Below are positions 56,075-64,000 of a stretch of 64,000 nt of DNA, one piece after another; the first letter of the stretch is position 1, and each line of letters starts with the position of its first letter. A program made the position numbers and the translations under genes. The DNA lies in assembly GCA_902479135.1 (NCBI GenBank), contig CABSNU010000006.1, positions 11,070-75,069 on the forward strand, in the 5' to 3' direction. Under the pieces are notes generated by a model. It ran no database searches and was not told the origin of the DNA. It saw nothing but the letters and a program-made list of their open reading frames with translations. The stretch is from an uncultured Collinsella sp. (GTDB lineage: Bacteria; Actinomycetota; Coriobacteriia; Coriobacteriales; Coriobacteriaceae).

Positions 56075-57055
56075 CTACTCAGCCATCTGAGCCTGGACGG
56101 CGGTGATGGCTACGACACCCACGATGTCGTCGGCGGAGCAGCCGCGCGACAGGTCGTTGACCGGCTTGGCGATGCCCTGCAGGATGGGGCCGTAGGCGTC
56201 GGCACCGGCGAAGCGCTGGACCAGCTTGTAGCCGATGTTGCCGGCCTCGAGGTCGGGGAACACGAGCACGTTGGCCTTGCCGGCGACAGAGGAGCCGGGA
56301 GCCTTGAGCTGGGCGACGGTGGGGACGATAGCGGCGTCGAGCTGCAGGTCGCCATCGATGGCGAGCTCGGGAGCCTTCTCCTTGCAGAACTTCACGGCCT
56401 CTTGGACCTTCTTGGCGACCTCGCCGCCAGCGGAGCCCATGGTGGAGTAGGAGAGCATGGCCACGTGCGGCTCAACGTTGCCCATGAAGGTGGACCAGGA
56501 GTGAGCGGAGGCGATGGCGATCTCGGAGAGCTCGTCGGAGGACGGGTTGATGTTGAGGCCACAGTCGGCGAAGATCAGCGTGCCGTCGGTGCCGAACTGC
56601 GGGGTGTCGGTGCACATCACGAAGAAGGCCGAGACCAGCTTGGTGCCCGGGGCGGTCTTGAGGATCTGAAGCGCAGGGCGCAGGGTGTCGGCGGTGGAGT
56701 GGCAGGCGCCAGAGACCAGGCCGTCGGCATCGCCCATCTTGACCATCATGGTGCCAAAGTAGGTGGCGTCCATCACCTGGGCGCGAGCCTGCTCGATGGT
56801 AACGCCCTTCTTGGCGCGGAGCTCGGCAAACTTCTGCGCGTACTCCTCGTGCTTCTCGGCATTGCGCGGGTCGATGACGGTAGCGCCGGGAACGTTGATC
56901 TCGTCGGGGTTGCCCAGGATGACGATCTTTGCCAGGCCCTCCTCGATGATCTTGGTGGCAGCGACGATGGTGCGCGGATCCTCGCCCTCGGGCAGGACGA
57001 TCGTCTTAAGGTCGGCCTTAGCGGCAGACTTCATACGGTTAAGGAAATCGCTCAT
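56075..57055 (-). CDS. pta: Phosphate acetyltransferase
   Basis: IVLPEGED.R, DGLVSGA, DCG, DGDLQLDAA, FPDLEAGNIGYK, NDLSRGC. Confidence 0.95.
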   Translation of the reverse strand: MSDFLNRMKSAAKADLKTIVLPEGEDPRTIVAATKIIEEGLAKIVILGNPDEINVPGATVIDPRNAEKHEEYAQKFAELRAKKGVTIEQARAQVMDATYFGTMMVKMGDADGLVSGACHSTADTLRPALQILKTAPGTKLVSAFFVMCTDTPQFGTDGTLIFADCGLNINPSSDELSEIAIASAHSWSTFMGNVEPHVAMLSYSTMGSAGGEVAKKVQEAVKFCKEKAPELAIDGDLQLDAAIVPTVAQLKAPGSSVAGKANVLVFPDLEAGNIGYKLVQRFAGADAYGPILQGIAKPVNDLSRGCSADDIVGVVAITAVQAQMAE

Positions 57056-57286
57056 GTTACTCCTTACAAGCGTTTCACTAAGCTCCAGGCGCCCGGCTGT
57101 TCACGAATAAACCCGCTACTAGCGGGTTTACCTTTCAATTATGTACGCCGCGGTGCTTGAGCTTTCCTTGTGTGGCAAGCTCATTATAGGACGCATTAGC
57201 GCTATAATCGCTCTGATAAATATGTCTCGAAGAATGTTCGAGAAAAGCCCAGCTAACGAGCCCGTGGCTTTTGACAAGGAGTATCG

Positions 57287-58489
57287 ATGCAGATTACCTC
57301 AGGCCTGCCTGAAGGCTTTAACGCCGGCGCGTACGACATGATTGTCGTCGGTGCTGGATATGCCGGTGCCGTTTGCGCCCGCCGTCTTGCCGAGACCATC
57401 GGCTATCGTGTTGCCGTTTTGGAGCGCCGTAGCCACATTGCGGGCAATGCCTATGACTGCACTGACGAGGCCGGAATCCTGATCCACGAGTACGGTCCGC
57501 ATATCTATCACACCTTTAACGAGCGCGTGCACAATTTCCTGTCGCGCTTTACCAAGTGGACGGATTATCAGCACAAGGTGCTCGCCAACATCAACGGTAC
57601 CCTTATGCCCGTGCCCTTCAACCATGCGAGTCTCAAGCTCGCCTTTGGTGACGAGCGCGGCGAGGAGCTGTATCAGAAGCTCGTGGAGACCTTTGGCAAG
57701 GATGTCAAGGTGCCCATTATGGAGCTGCGTAAGAAGAACGACCCCGACTTGGCCGAGGTCGCCGATTACGTCTACGAGAACGTCTTTTTGCATTACACCA
57801 TGAAGCAGTGGGGCCAGACGCCCGATCAGATCGACCCCTCGATCACCGGCCGCGTTCCCGTCTTTGTGGGCGATGATGACCGCTACTTCCCGCAAGCTCC
57901 CTTCCAGGGCATGCCGCAGGAGGGCTACACGGCGCTCTTTGAGCACATGCTCGACCACGACCTGATTGACGTGTTCTGCGACGTGGACGCCCGCGATCTT
58001 TTTGAGATCGATGAGACCACCGTCAAGATCGGTGGCAAGGTCTACGGCGGCGAGATCGTCTATACCGGTCCGCTCGATGAGCTGTTCAACCTCGACCTGG
58101 GCGCTCTTCCGTACCGTACGCTCGACATGAAGTTCGAGACGCTCGATATGGATCAGTTCCAGCCCGTGGGCACCGTCAACTACACCACGAGCGAGGACTA
58201 CACCCGCATTACCGAGTTCAAGAACATGACTGGTCAGGTCCTGCCCGGCAAGACCACCATCATGAAGGAGTACTCCAAGGCCTATACGCCCGGCTCGGGC
58301 GAGACGCCGTATTACGCCATTCTTGAGCCCGAGAACCGTGAGCTCTATGAGCGCTATCTTGAGCGCGTCCAGAACCTGACAAACTTCCACCCGGTGGGTC
58401 GTCTGGCCGAGTATCGTTACTACGATATGGATGCCGTGACCAATTCCGCCCTCGATCTTTCGGATGAGATTATCGCCTGCCATGCATAA
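57287..58489 (+). CDS. glf: UDP-galactopyranose mutase
   Basis: VVGAGYAG, HI.GNAYD, H.YGPHI.HT, YT.KQWG, LPYR, GRLAEYRYYDMD. Confidence 0.93.
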   Translation: MQITSGLPEGFNAGAYDMIVVGAGYAGAVCARRLAETIGYRVAVLERRSHIAGNAYDCTDEAGILIHEYGPHIYHTFNERVHNFLSRFTKWTDYQHKVLANINGTLMPVPFNHASLKLAFGDERGEELYQKLVETFGKDVKVPIMELRKKNDPDLAEVADYVYENVFLHYTMKQWGQTPDQIDPSITGRVPVFVGDDDRYFPQAPFQGMPQEGYTALFEHMLDHDLIDVFCDVDARDLFEIDETTVKIGGKVYGGEIVYTGPLDELFNLDLGALPYRTLDMKFETLDMDQFQPVGTVNYTTSEDYTRITEFKNMTGQVLPGKTTIMKEYSKAYTPGSGETPYYAILEPENRELYERYLERVQNLTNFHPVGRLAEYRYYDMDAVTNSALDLSDEIIACHA

Positions 58490-59513
58490 AGTCATAACAT
58501 TCGGTATTCCCTCGTATAACGCCGCCAAGGACATGGACCATTGCATCACCTCCATCTTGGAGGGGAGCAATTACGCCACCGATATCGAGATTATCGTGGT
58601 GGACGACGGCTCCAAGGACGAGACGGCCGCCAAGGCCGACGAGTGGGAGGCCCGTTATCCTGGAATCATCCGCGCGGTGCACCAGGAGAATGGCGGCCAC
58701 GGTATTGCCGTCCTTTCGGGTCTGCGCGAGGCGCAGGGCACCTACTACAAGGTCGTCGACTCGGACGACTGGCTTGACGGCGCTGCCCTTTCGACCATGC
58801 TGTCGATTCTGCGCGGCTTTGAAGAGCGCGACCAGCGCGTTGACCTGTTTATCTCGAACTACGTGTACGAGAAGGTTTACGAGGGTACGCATACGGCCAT
58901 TGGTTACAAGTTTGCCCTGCCTCGAAAAAAGATCTTTACCTGGGACCAGATCGGCCATTTCCGTTTGGACCAGAATCTGCTCATGCACAGCCTGTGCTAT
59001 CGCACGGATGTGCTGCGCGAGTCCAACCTGCCCATGCCGCCGCACACGTTCTATGTGGACAACATCTACGCCTACGTGCCGCTGCCGCGTTGCGAGACCA
59101 TGTACTACGCCGACATCGACCTCTATCGCTACTTTATCGGTCGCGAGGGCCAGAGTGTCAACGAGGCCACGATGGTCAAGCGTCTGGACCAGCAGTTCCG
59201 TGTTACGCGTATCATGATGGAGTCGTACCACCTGTACAGCGATGTCGAGTCGTCGCGTCTGCGTTCGTACATGATGGGCTACTTCACCATGATGATGGCG
59301 ATCTGCTCGGTGCTCACCAAGCTTTCCGACGAGGATTGTGCCGATGAGCGTCTGAAGACGCTGTGGAATGATTTGAAGGCCTATGACGAGCGTATGTATC
59401 GTCGTGCACGTTACGGTGTGGTCGGCTTCTTCACTAACCTCCGCGGACGGGCCGGAGACAAAACCACACTCGGCCTATACCGTCTTGCCTCAAAGATCTT
59501 CAAATTCAACTAG
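58482..59513 (+). CDS. Glycosyltransferase family 2
   Basis: IPSYN, VDDGSKD, QENGGHG, VVDSDD. Confidence 0.9.
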   Translation: MHKVITFGIPSYNAAKDMDHCITSILEGSNYATDIEIIVVDDGSKDETAAKADEWEARYPGIIRAVHQENGGHGIAVLSGLREAQGTYYKVVDSDDWLDGAALSTMLSILRGFEERDQRVDLFISNYVYEKVYEGTHTAIGYKFALPRKKIFTWDQIGHFRLDQNLLMHSLCYRTDVLRESNLPMPPHTFYVDNIYAYVPLPRCETMYYADIDLYRYFIGREGQSVNEATMVKRLDQQFRVTRIMMESYHLYSDVESSRLRSYMMGYFTMMMAICSVLTKLSDEDCADERLKTLWNDLKAYDERMYRRARYGVVGFFTNLRGRAGDKTTLGLYRLASKIFKFN

Positions 59514-59533
59514 CACAGAAGCGCTCGGGTAAC

Positions 59534-59646
59534 GGGGACCCCTGGTCCTTAACTTGCTACTTCGAACAGTCCTGCGCAAGACGGAGGCGCCACTGGCGCC
59601 TCCTTTGCGTGCGGAACTCGTATCAAGTTAAGGACCAGGGGTCCTC
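59534..59646 (-). repeat. Structured hairpin, family B copy 1
   Basis: 21-bp outer stem GGACCCCTGGTCCTTAACTTG; carries CGAGTTCCGCACG and CAGGACTGT on the minus strand. Confidence 0.7.
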
Positions 59647-59737
59647 TGCTATGTCTCGCTTTATGTCAGCAAGTTGAATTTGAAGATCTTCGACGCGCGG
59701 TACACAGGGGCCTGGGCTGAAAAGATTTTGGTTGGTA

Positions 59738-59862
59738 GGTTGCCCGGTGGGTCTTGGTTATGTTTGTCGCGAGTTCCGCACGAGCCGAAGAGCACTTAAT
59801 GTGCTCTTCGTGCGAGCCAGGACTGTAGAGCAGCAAACATAACCAAGACCCACCGGGCAACC
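59738..59862 (+). repeat. Structured hairpin, family B copy 2
   Basis: 29-bp perfect outer stem; carries CGAGTTCCGCACG and CAGGACTGT on the plus strand. Confidence 0.7.
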
Positions 59863-59874
59863 GGTCAGGTTAGG

Positions 59875-60876
59875 CTACTTCGCGGCGCCGGGGATGCCGT
59901 GGGAGGTTTTGGCGGTTTTGGCTCCGTTTACGATGGCGGTTTGCAAAGCCCTTACGGCGAGCATGCCCAGCAGGTCTAGGGGAACGGCGGCGCTTGCCTG
60001 GGCGCCCAGTTTGCCGCTGGCGAGGGTGTAGATGGTGTCGCCGTCGTTGGTGGTGTGCGTGGGACGGATGGCGTGTGCGTAGGCGTCTGCGGCCATTTGG
60101 GAGACCTTGGTGGCCTGGGCCTTAGTGAGTTCCATGTTGGTGACGATGCAGCTGATGGTGGTGTTGGTGCGGTCGAGCGGCATCTGCATGGATCCGGCGG
60201 CGGCGAAGGCTGCGAGTTCCATATCGACGATTTGGTCGCTATCGGCTGAGGCGCGCATGCCGGCGACCCACTCGCCGGTGAGGGGGTCGACAACGTTGCC
60301 GCAGGCGTTGACCGAAACCACGGCGCCTACCTTAACGGGACCGAGCGCCACGGCGGCGGCTCCAAGGCCAGCCTTCATGCAGGTGGCAGGGCCCATGAGC
60401 TTACCTACGGTGGCACCGGTGCCGGCGCCCACATTGCCTTGCTCGAGCGTGGTGGGGGTGTTGTCGAGTGCCTCGCGCACGGCGGCGATGCCGGCCTCTA
60501 TGTCGGGGCGTACGGTGGGGTCGCCAAAGGCAAGGTCGAAGATACAGCTGGAGCACACGATGGGCACCTGCGTGGGGCCGACGGGCAGACCAATGCCGCG
60601 GCTCTCGAGTTCGCGAGCGACGCCGCTTGCAGCCTCGAGGCCAAAGGCCGATCCGCCCGAAAGGCAGACGGCGTGAACCTTGTCGACGGTGTTCTCGGGT
60701 CGCAGCAGGTCGGTTTCGCGCGATGCTGGAGCACCGCCGCGAACGTCAACGCCGCCGGTGGCACCCCCGGGCGCCACGATTACGGTGCAGCCGGTGCCAG
60801 CCTCCTCGTCCGTATAGTTGCCAAAGCAAAAGCCATCGACATTGCAAACATCGATGGCTTCGAGCAGTGTGTCCAT
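59875..60876 (-). CDS. P1/S58 family peptidase (DmpA-like)
   Basis: TGCTVI, VDVRGGAPASRETD, GGSAFGL, NTTI, P.HT..DGDT. Confidence 0.9.
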   Translation of the reverse strand: MDTLLEAIDVCNVDGFCFGNYTDEEAGTGCTVIVAPGGATGGVDVRGGAPASRETDLLRPENTVDKVHAVCLSGGSAFGLEAASGVARELESRGIGLPVGPTQVPIVCSSCIFDLAFGDPTVRPDIEAGIAAVREALDNTPTTLEQGNVGAGTGATVGKLMGPATCMKAGLGAAAVALGPVKVGAVVSVNACGNVVDPLTGEWVAGMRASADSDQIVDMELAAFAAAGSMQMPLDRTNTTISCIVTNMELTKAQATKVSQMAADAYAHAIRPTHTTNDGDTIYTLASGKLGAQASAAVPLDLLGMLAVRALQTAIVNGAKTAKTSHGIPGAAK

Positions 60877-60976
60877 GTTTTCTCCTATCGGTTTTCCGCC
60901 GGGCCTTATGCCCGGTCGGGATCCGTACGGTACGGCAAAATTGTAGGCGCTGGGGGATAACCAGCGCCAGATGCAA

Positions 60977-61558
60977 TTACGAGAGTTTTTGAATCGCGTG
61001 TGCGACGCGAGCGATGGGCAAGCCCACCACGTTGTAGAAGTCACCCGAAATATCGTGCACAAGCATGCGGCCGCCTGTGCCTTGGATGCCGTAGGCCCCG
61101 GCCTTGTCCATGGGTTCGCCGGAGGCAACATAGTGCTCGATCTGCTCTTCGGTAAGCTCATAGAACGTCACGTCGGTCACATCGACAAACGACAGGCTCT
61201 CGGCGGCATGCGGAGCGGCCGTGTCGCCTGCCTTAACGATGCAGACGCCGGTTGCGACCTGGTGCGTGCGGCCCGAAAGCTCGCGGAGCATGGTGCGCGC
61301 CTCGTCCTCGGTTGCCGGCTTGCCCAGAATCTTGCCATCGAAGGTAACAATAGTATCGGCCGCGACGGTCAGTTCGTTGGGCTCGGCATACTCGGCGGCA
61401 ACGGCGGCGGCTTTGGCGCGTGCTAAGCGTTCAACGAGCGTAAGCGGGGCCTCGCCATCAAAAGGTGTTTCGTCGATATCTGCGGGAATCACGCGAATGT
61501 CATAGCCCGCCTCGCGCATCAACTCGATGCGGCGCGGTGATTGCGAAGCCAAAATCAT
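60977..61558 (-). CDS. maf: Maf nucleoside triphosphate pyrophosphatase
   Basis: ILASQSPRR, ADTIV, GKP, DKAGAYGIQG, NVVGLP. Confidence 0.92.
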   Translation of the reverse strand: MILASQSPRRIELMREAGYDIRVIPADIDETPFDGEAPLTLVERLARAKAAAVAAEYAEPNELTVAADTIVTFDGKILGKPATEDEARTMLRELSGRTHQVATGVCIVKAGDTAAPHAAESLSFVDVTDVTFYELTEEQIEHYVASGEPMDKAGAYGIQGTGGRMLVHDISGDFYNVVGLPIARVAHAIQKLS

Positions 61559-62097
61559 AGCTGAATGCCCTCGGCGACCTTCTCGACGGCCTTGTCGCCG
61601 GCGAGTGTGCGCAGCAGCTCAAGCGCAAAGGGAAGCGACTGGGCCATGCCGCTGGCGGTGATGATGTTGCCGTCTTGCGTAACCTTCTCGCCGGTATAGG
61701 CGCCTTCGGGGAAGCTTTTCTCAAAGCCAGGGAAGCACGTGGCGTGGCGCCCCTCGAGTAGGTCGAGCTCGCCCAGGATAAACGGGGCGGCGCAGATGGC
61801 GGCAACGTGCTTGGTCGCGGCGAACTCGCAGACCACGTCGCAGACGCGCTGATCGGCACGCAGGTTGGTGGCACCGGGCAAGCCGCCGGGCAGCACGACG
61901 CAGTCGTACTCGTCAAAGTTGATCTCATCAAAGAGCGCATCGCAGGTCACGGGGATCTGCAGCGAGCTTACGACCTCACGTGTGGGCATGATCGAGACGA
62001 GCGTGGCACGGACACCGCCGCGACGCATGACATCGACCATGGTCAAGCATTCAATAGTTTCAAAGCCATCGGCGGCGAGAACGGCAACGCTGGGCAT
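61555..62097 (-). CDS. DJ-1/ThiJ family protein
   Basis: GFE.IE, VLPGG.PG..NL, AAICAAP, ATCFPG. Confidence 0.9.
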   Translation of the reverse strand: MPSVAVLAADGFETIECLTMVDVMRRGGVRATLVSIMPTREVVSSLQIPVTCDALFDEINFDEYDCVVLPGGLPGATNLRADQRVCDVVCEFAATKHVAAICAAPFILGELDLLEGRHATCFPGFEKSFPEGAYTGEKVTQDGNIITASGMAQSLPFALELLRTLAGDKAVEKVAEGIQL

Positions 62098-62203
62098 GAG
62101 GGTTCCTTTCATAGGCGGCATACAATTAGCCGTCTTATACCCCGAAGACCTCCGCTTGCCACGCTCGATTTCTCAATGATTTATCTGAGCAATGATTGAG
62201 TGA

Positions 62204-63517
62204 CTAGTTGCGCCTAAGGTGGACGACGGTCTCGCAGTGGAAGGTTTGCGGGAACAGGTCGACTGGCGTGATCTTTACGGGGGAGAAGGTGCCTTCTTCG
62301 ACAAAGCGTTTGAGATCGCGCGCCAGGGTGGCCGGGTCGCAGCTCACGTAGGCGACATCGCGAGCACTCGTGCTGGCGATAAGGTCGATCGCCTCGGGGG
62401 CAAGGCCTGCGCGCGGCGGGTCGACCACCAAGACGTCGGCATCCTGGTCGGGGAACTCGCGCACCGCGTCTCCGCCAATGACGTCGACGTTATCAAGCTT
62501 GTTGATCTCCAGGTTACGGCGCAGGTCGCGCACGGCCGGGCCGTAGGCCTCGACGGCGGCGACGAAGTCGCAGCGGCGGGCGAGCGGCAGGGTAAAGGTT
62601 CCGGCGCCGCAGTACAGGTCCACGGCAAGCTCGTCTTCCTGCGGGTCGAGGGCGTCCATAACGAGATCAATCAAAATCTCGGCGCCCTTGGTGTTGACTT
62701 GGAAAAACGACGGGGCAGACAAGCGCATCTGGCCCTCGGCGATGTTCTCGGTCCACGAGCCCTCGCCGGCGAGCATTTCGACCTTGGAGACACGGCGGGC
62801 CTTCTTTTCGCCCCTGCTCATCACGCGCACGATGCTCGTGGGATGAGCGGCGTCCGCCAGCACGCGGGAGACCTGCGAGCGCGGAAAAGAGCCCGTAGGC
62901 GTCCAGAGTGCGACCTCGAGCGCCTTGGTGCGGCGCGATGCGCGAATGCCCACGCGTTCGAGCCCCAAGTCATGGCTGCCGCTTAGATAGTTGAGTGCGC
63001 CGACGACCGATTTGAGCGCCTTCGGGAAGCGCTTATCGAACAGCGGGCACGCATCGACGGTCACGATTTTGCTGGGGTCGACACCGTGCATGCCAAGGCG
63101 CACGCGACCGTTGACGACGGTCGGTTCGAGCTCGATTTTATTGCGGTAGCCCCAGTCGTCCTTGGTGTGGCAGATGGGCTGTACCAACTTATCGACCTGC
63201 TCAGGAGCGAACTTGCCGATGCGCTCGAGCGTGGAGCGCAGGTTTTGCTCCTTGGCGGCAAGCTGTGCCGTGCGTGAGAGATTGCCCCACGAACAACCGC
63301 CGCAGATGCCAACGAAGGGGCAGGGGGGCTGAATGCGATCGGGGCTCGGCTCCAGAATCTCGGTCGTGCGGGCGCGCATGAACGACTTGCCGTCCTGTAC
63401 GACCTCGGCCTCGACGGTGTCGCCTGCCACGGCGCCCTGCACAAAGACGGCCTTGCCGTTGTCGGCGTGCGCCAGCCCATCGGCGCCGTAGGTCATCGAT
63501 TCTATAGTGAGCTTCAT
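62204..63517 (-). CDS. rlmD: 23S rRNA (uracil-5)-methyltransferase RlmD with TRAM domain
   Basis: C....CGGC, YRNK, SFFQVN, DLYCGAG, VDPPRAG, YVSCDP.TLARD, DLFPQT.H.E. Confidence 0.9.
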   Translation of the reverse strand: MKLTIESMTYGADGLAHADNGKAVFVQGAVAGDTVEAEVVQDGKSFMRARTTEILEPSPDRIQPPCPFVGICGGCSWGNLSRTAQLAAKEQNLRSTLERIGKFAPEQVDKLVQPICHTKDDWGYRNKIELEPTVVNGRVRLGMHGVDPSKIVTVDACPLFDKRFPKALKSVVGALNYLSGSHDLGLERVGIRASRRTKALEVALWTPTGSFPRSQVSRVLADAAHPTSIVRVMSRGEKKARRVSKVEMLAGEGSWTENIAEGQMRLSAPSFFQVNTKGAEILIDLVMDALDPQEDELAVDLYCGAGTFTLPLARRCDFVAAVEAYGPAVRDLRRNLEINKLDNVDVIGGDAVREFPDQDADVLVVDPPRAGLAPEAIDLIASTSARDVAYVSCDPATLARDLKRFVEEGTFSPVKITPVDLFPQTFHCETVVHLRRN

Positions 63518-63630
63518 ATCCCTGCCTGTCATTCGTGTTGTTGTTCGCACCATGGTAGCAGGGAAAAGCGCCCCGCATCCGAGGCTTTCCTCAAATGCGG
63601 GGCGCTTCTACAAACTGCTTCTACAAACGA

Positions 63631-64000
63631 CTATTTCGTCTTGCCGGTAATGAGCGTCTTAAGACCCAGGCCGATCAGGCCCAGGCCCATGCGCACACGA
63701 CCGGGGCGATGGCGCTCGATGGCCTTGGTCTTGCCGGCGGGCTTATCGCGACGGGCGCTCGTCTCGGGTGCGGGCTTGGTGACCTGCGGCTCGGGCTGAG
63801 GTACAGGTGCGGGCTCGGGCTCAATGACGGTCGCCTGGACCTTCTGAACCTCGGGTGTGGCCGGCTGCGGCTCAGGAGCAGGCTTTGCCTCAATGACGGG
63901 CTCGGGCGCGGCCTCGGCGTTGCGATAGGCACGCTCCAGCAGGGCTTCCTGCGAGTTGAAGGGCTTCTCGCCCTCTGCACGCTCCACGGGGACCCAAGTG
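63631..64000 (-). CDS. 3' part of a Pro/Glu-rich hypothetical protein (runs off the window)
   Basis: Open frame to the window edge; terminator hairpin at ~63565-63608 follows its stop. Confidence 0.55.
   Translation of the reverse strand, partial: TWVPVERAEGEKPFNSQEALLERAYRNAEAAPEPVIEAKPAPEPQPATPEVQKVQATVIEPEPAPVPQPEPQVTKPAPETSARRDKPAGKTKAIERHRPGRVRMGLGLIGLGLKTLITGKTK

Noticed and set aside
57108..57130. TAAACCCGCTA-C-TAGCGGGTTTA palindrome upstream of pta, sharing AATAAACCCG with the hairpin at ~52921 before ackA
   Set aside because: The second site reads as an ordinary terminator, and a 10-bp match is too weak to claim co-regulation.

Overview
High-GC chromosomal window. Gene content and composition suggest a Coriobacteriia actinobacterium, probably Collinsella-like (inference). 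Most of it is housekeeping: ettA, nadE, ldh, an acetylase-type DAP/lysine cluster under a lysine riboswitch, D-Asp ligase and racemase, an ECF transporter, rnd, xseAB, two tandem ackA genes, pta, glf, maf and rlmD. Small AT-richer islets and two type II toxin-antitoxin pairs interrupt it. The strongest candidate for an undescribed system is the islet at about 11.7-15.9 kb. It encodes a DUF2087 protein, an MFS exporter and a 773-aa cobalamin-binding radical SAM enzyme with two C-terminal RRE/PqqD-like repeats. Directly after these is a 36-aa ORF absent from the ORF track (15617-15727, MDVINKDLLEQLKESQEEGVVVEVFDFEDYMDKFCH) with a strong RBS and a terminator, which together form a minimal RiPP-like cluster. 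Other highlights: an in-frame LysA-DapA fusion with an internal RBS, a WWW leader-peptide attenuator upstream of tandem ECF S components, a Tat-signal cysteine protease plus lipoprotein islet, a 30-aa coupled membrane peptide, and several families of structured intergenic repeats. No rRNA, tRNA, CRISPR array or transposase was seen. All family calls come from motif recognition by eye; no database search was run.
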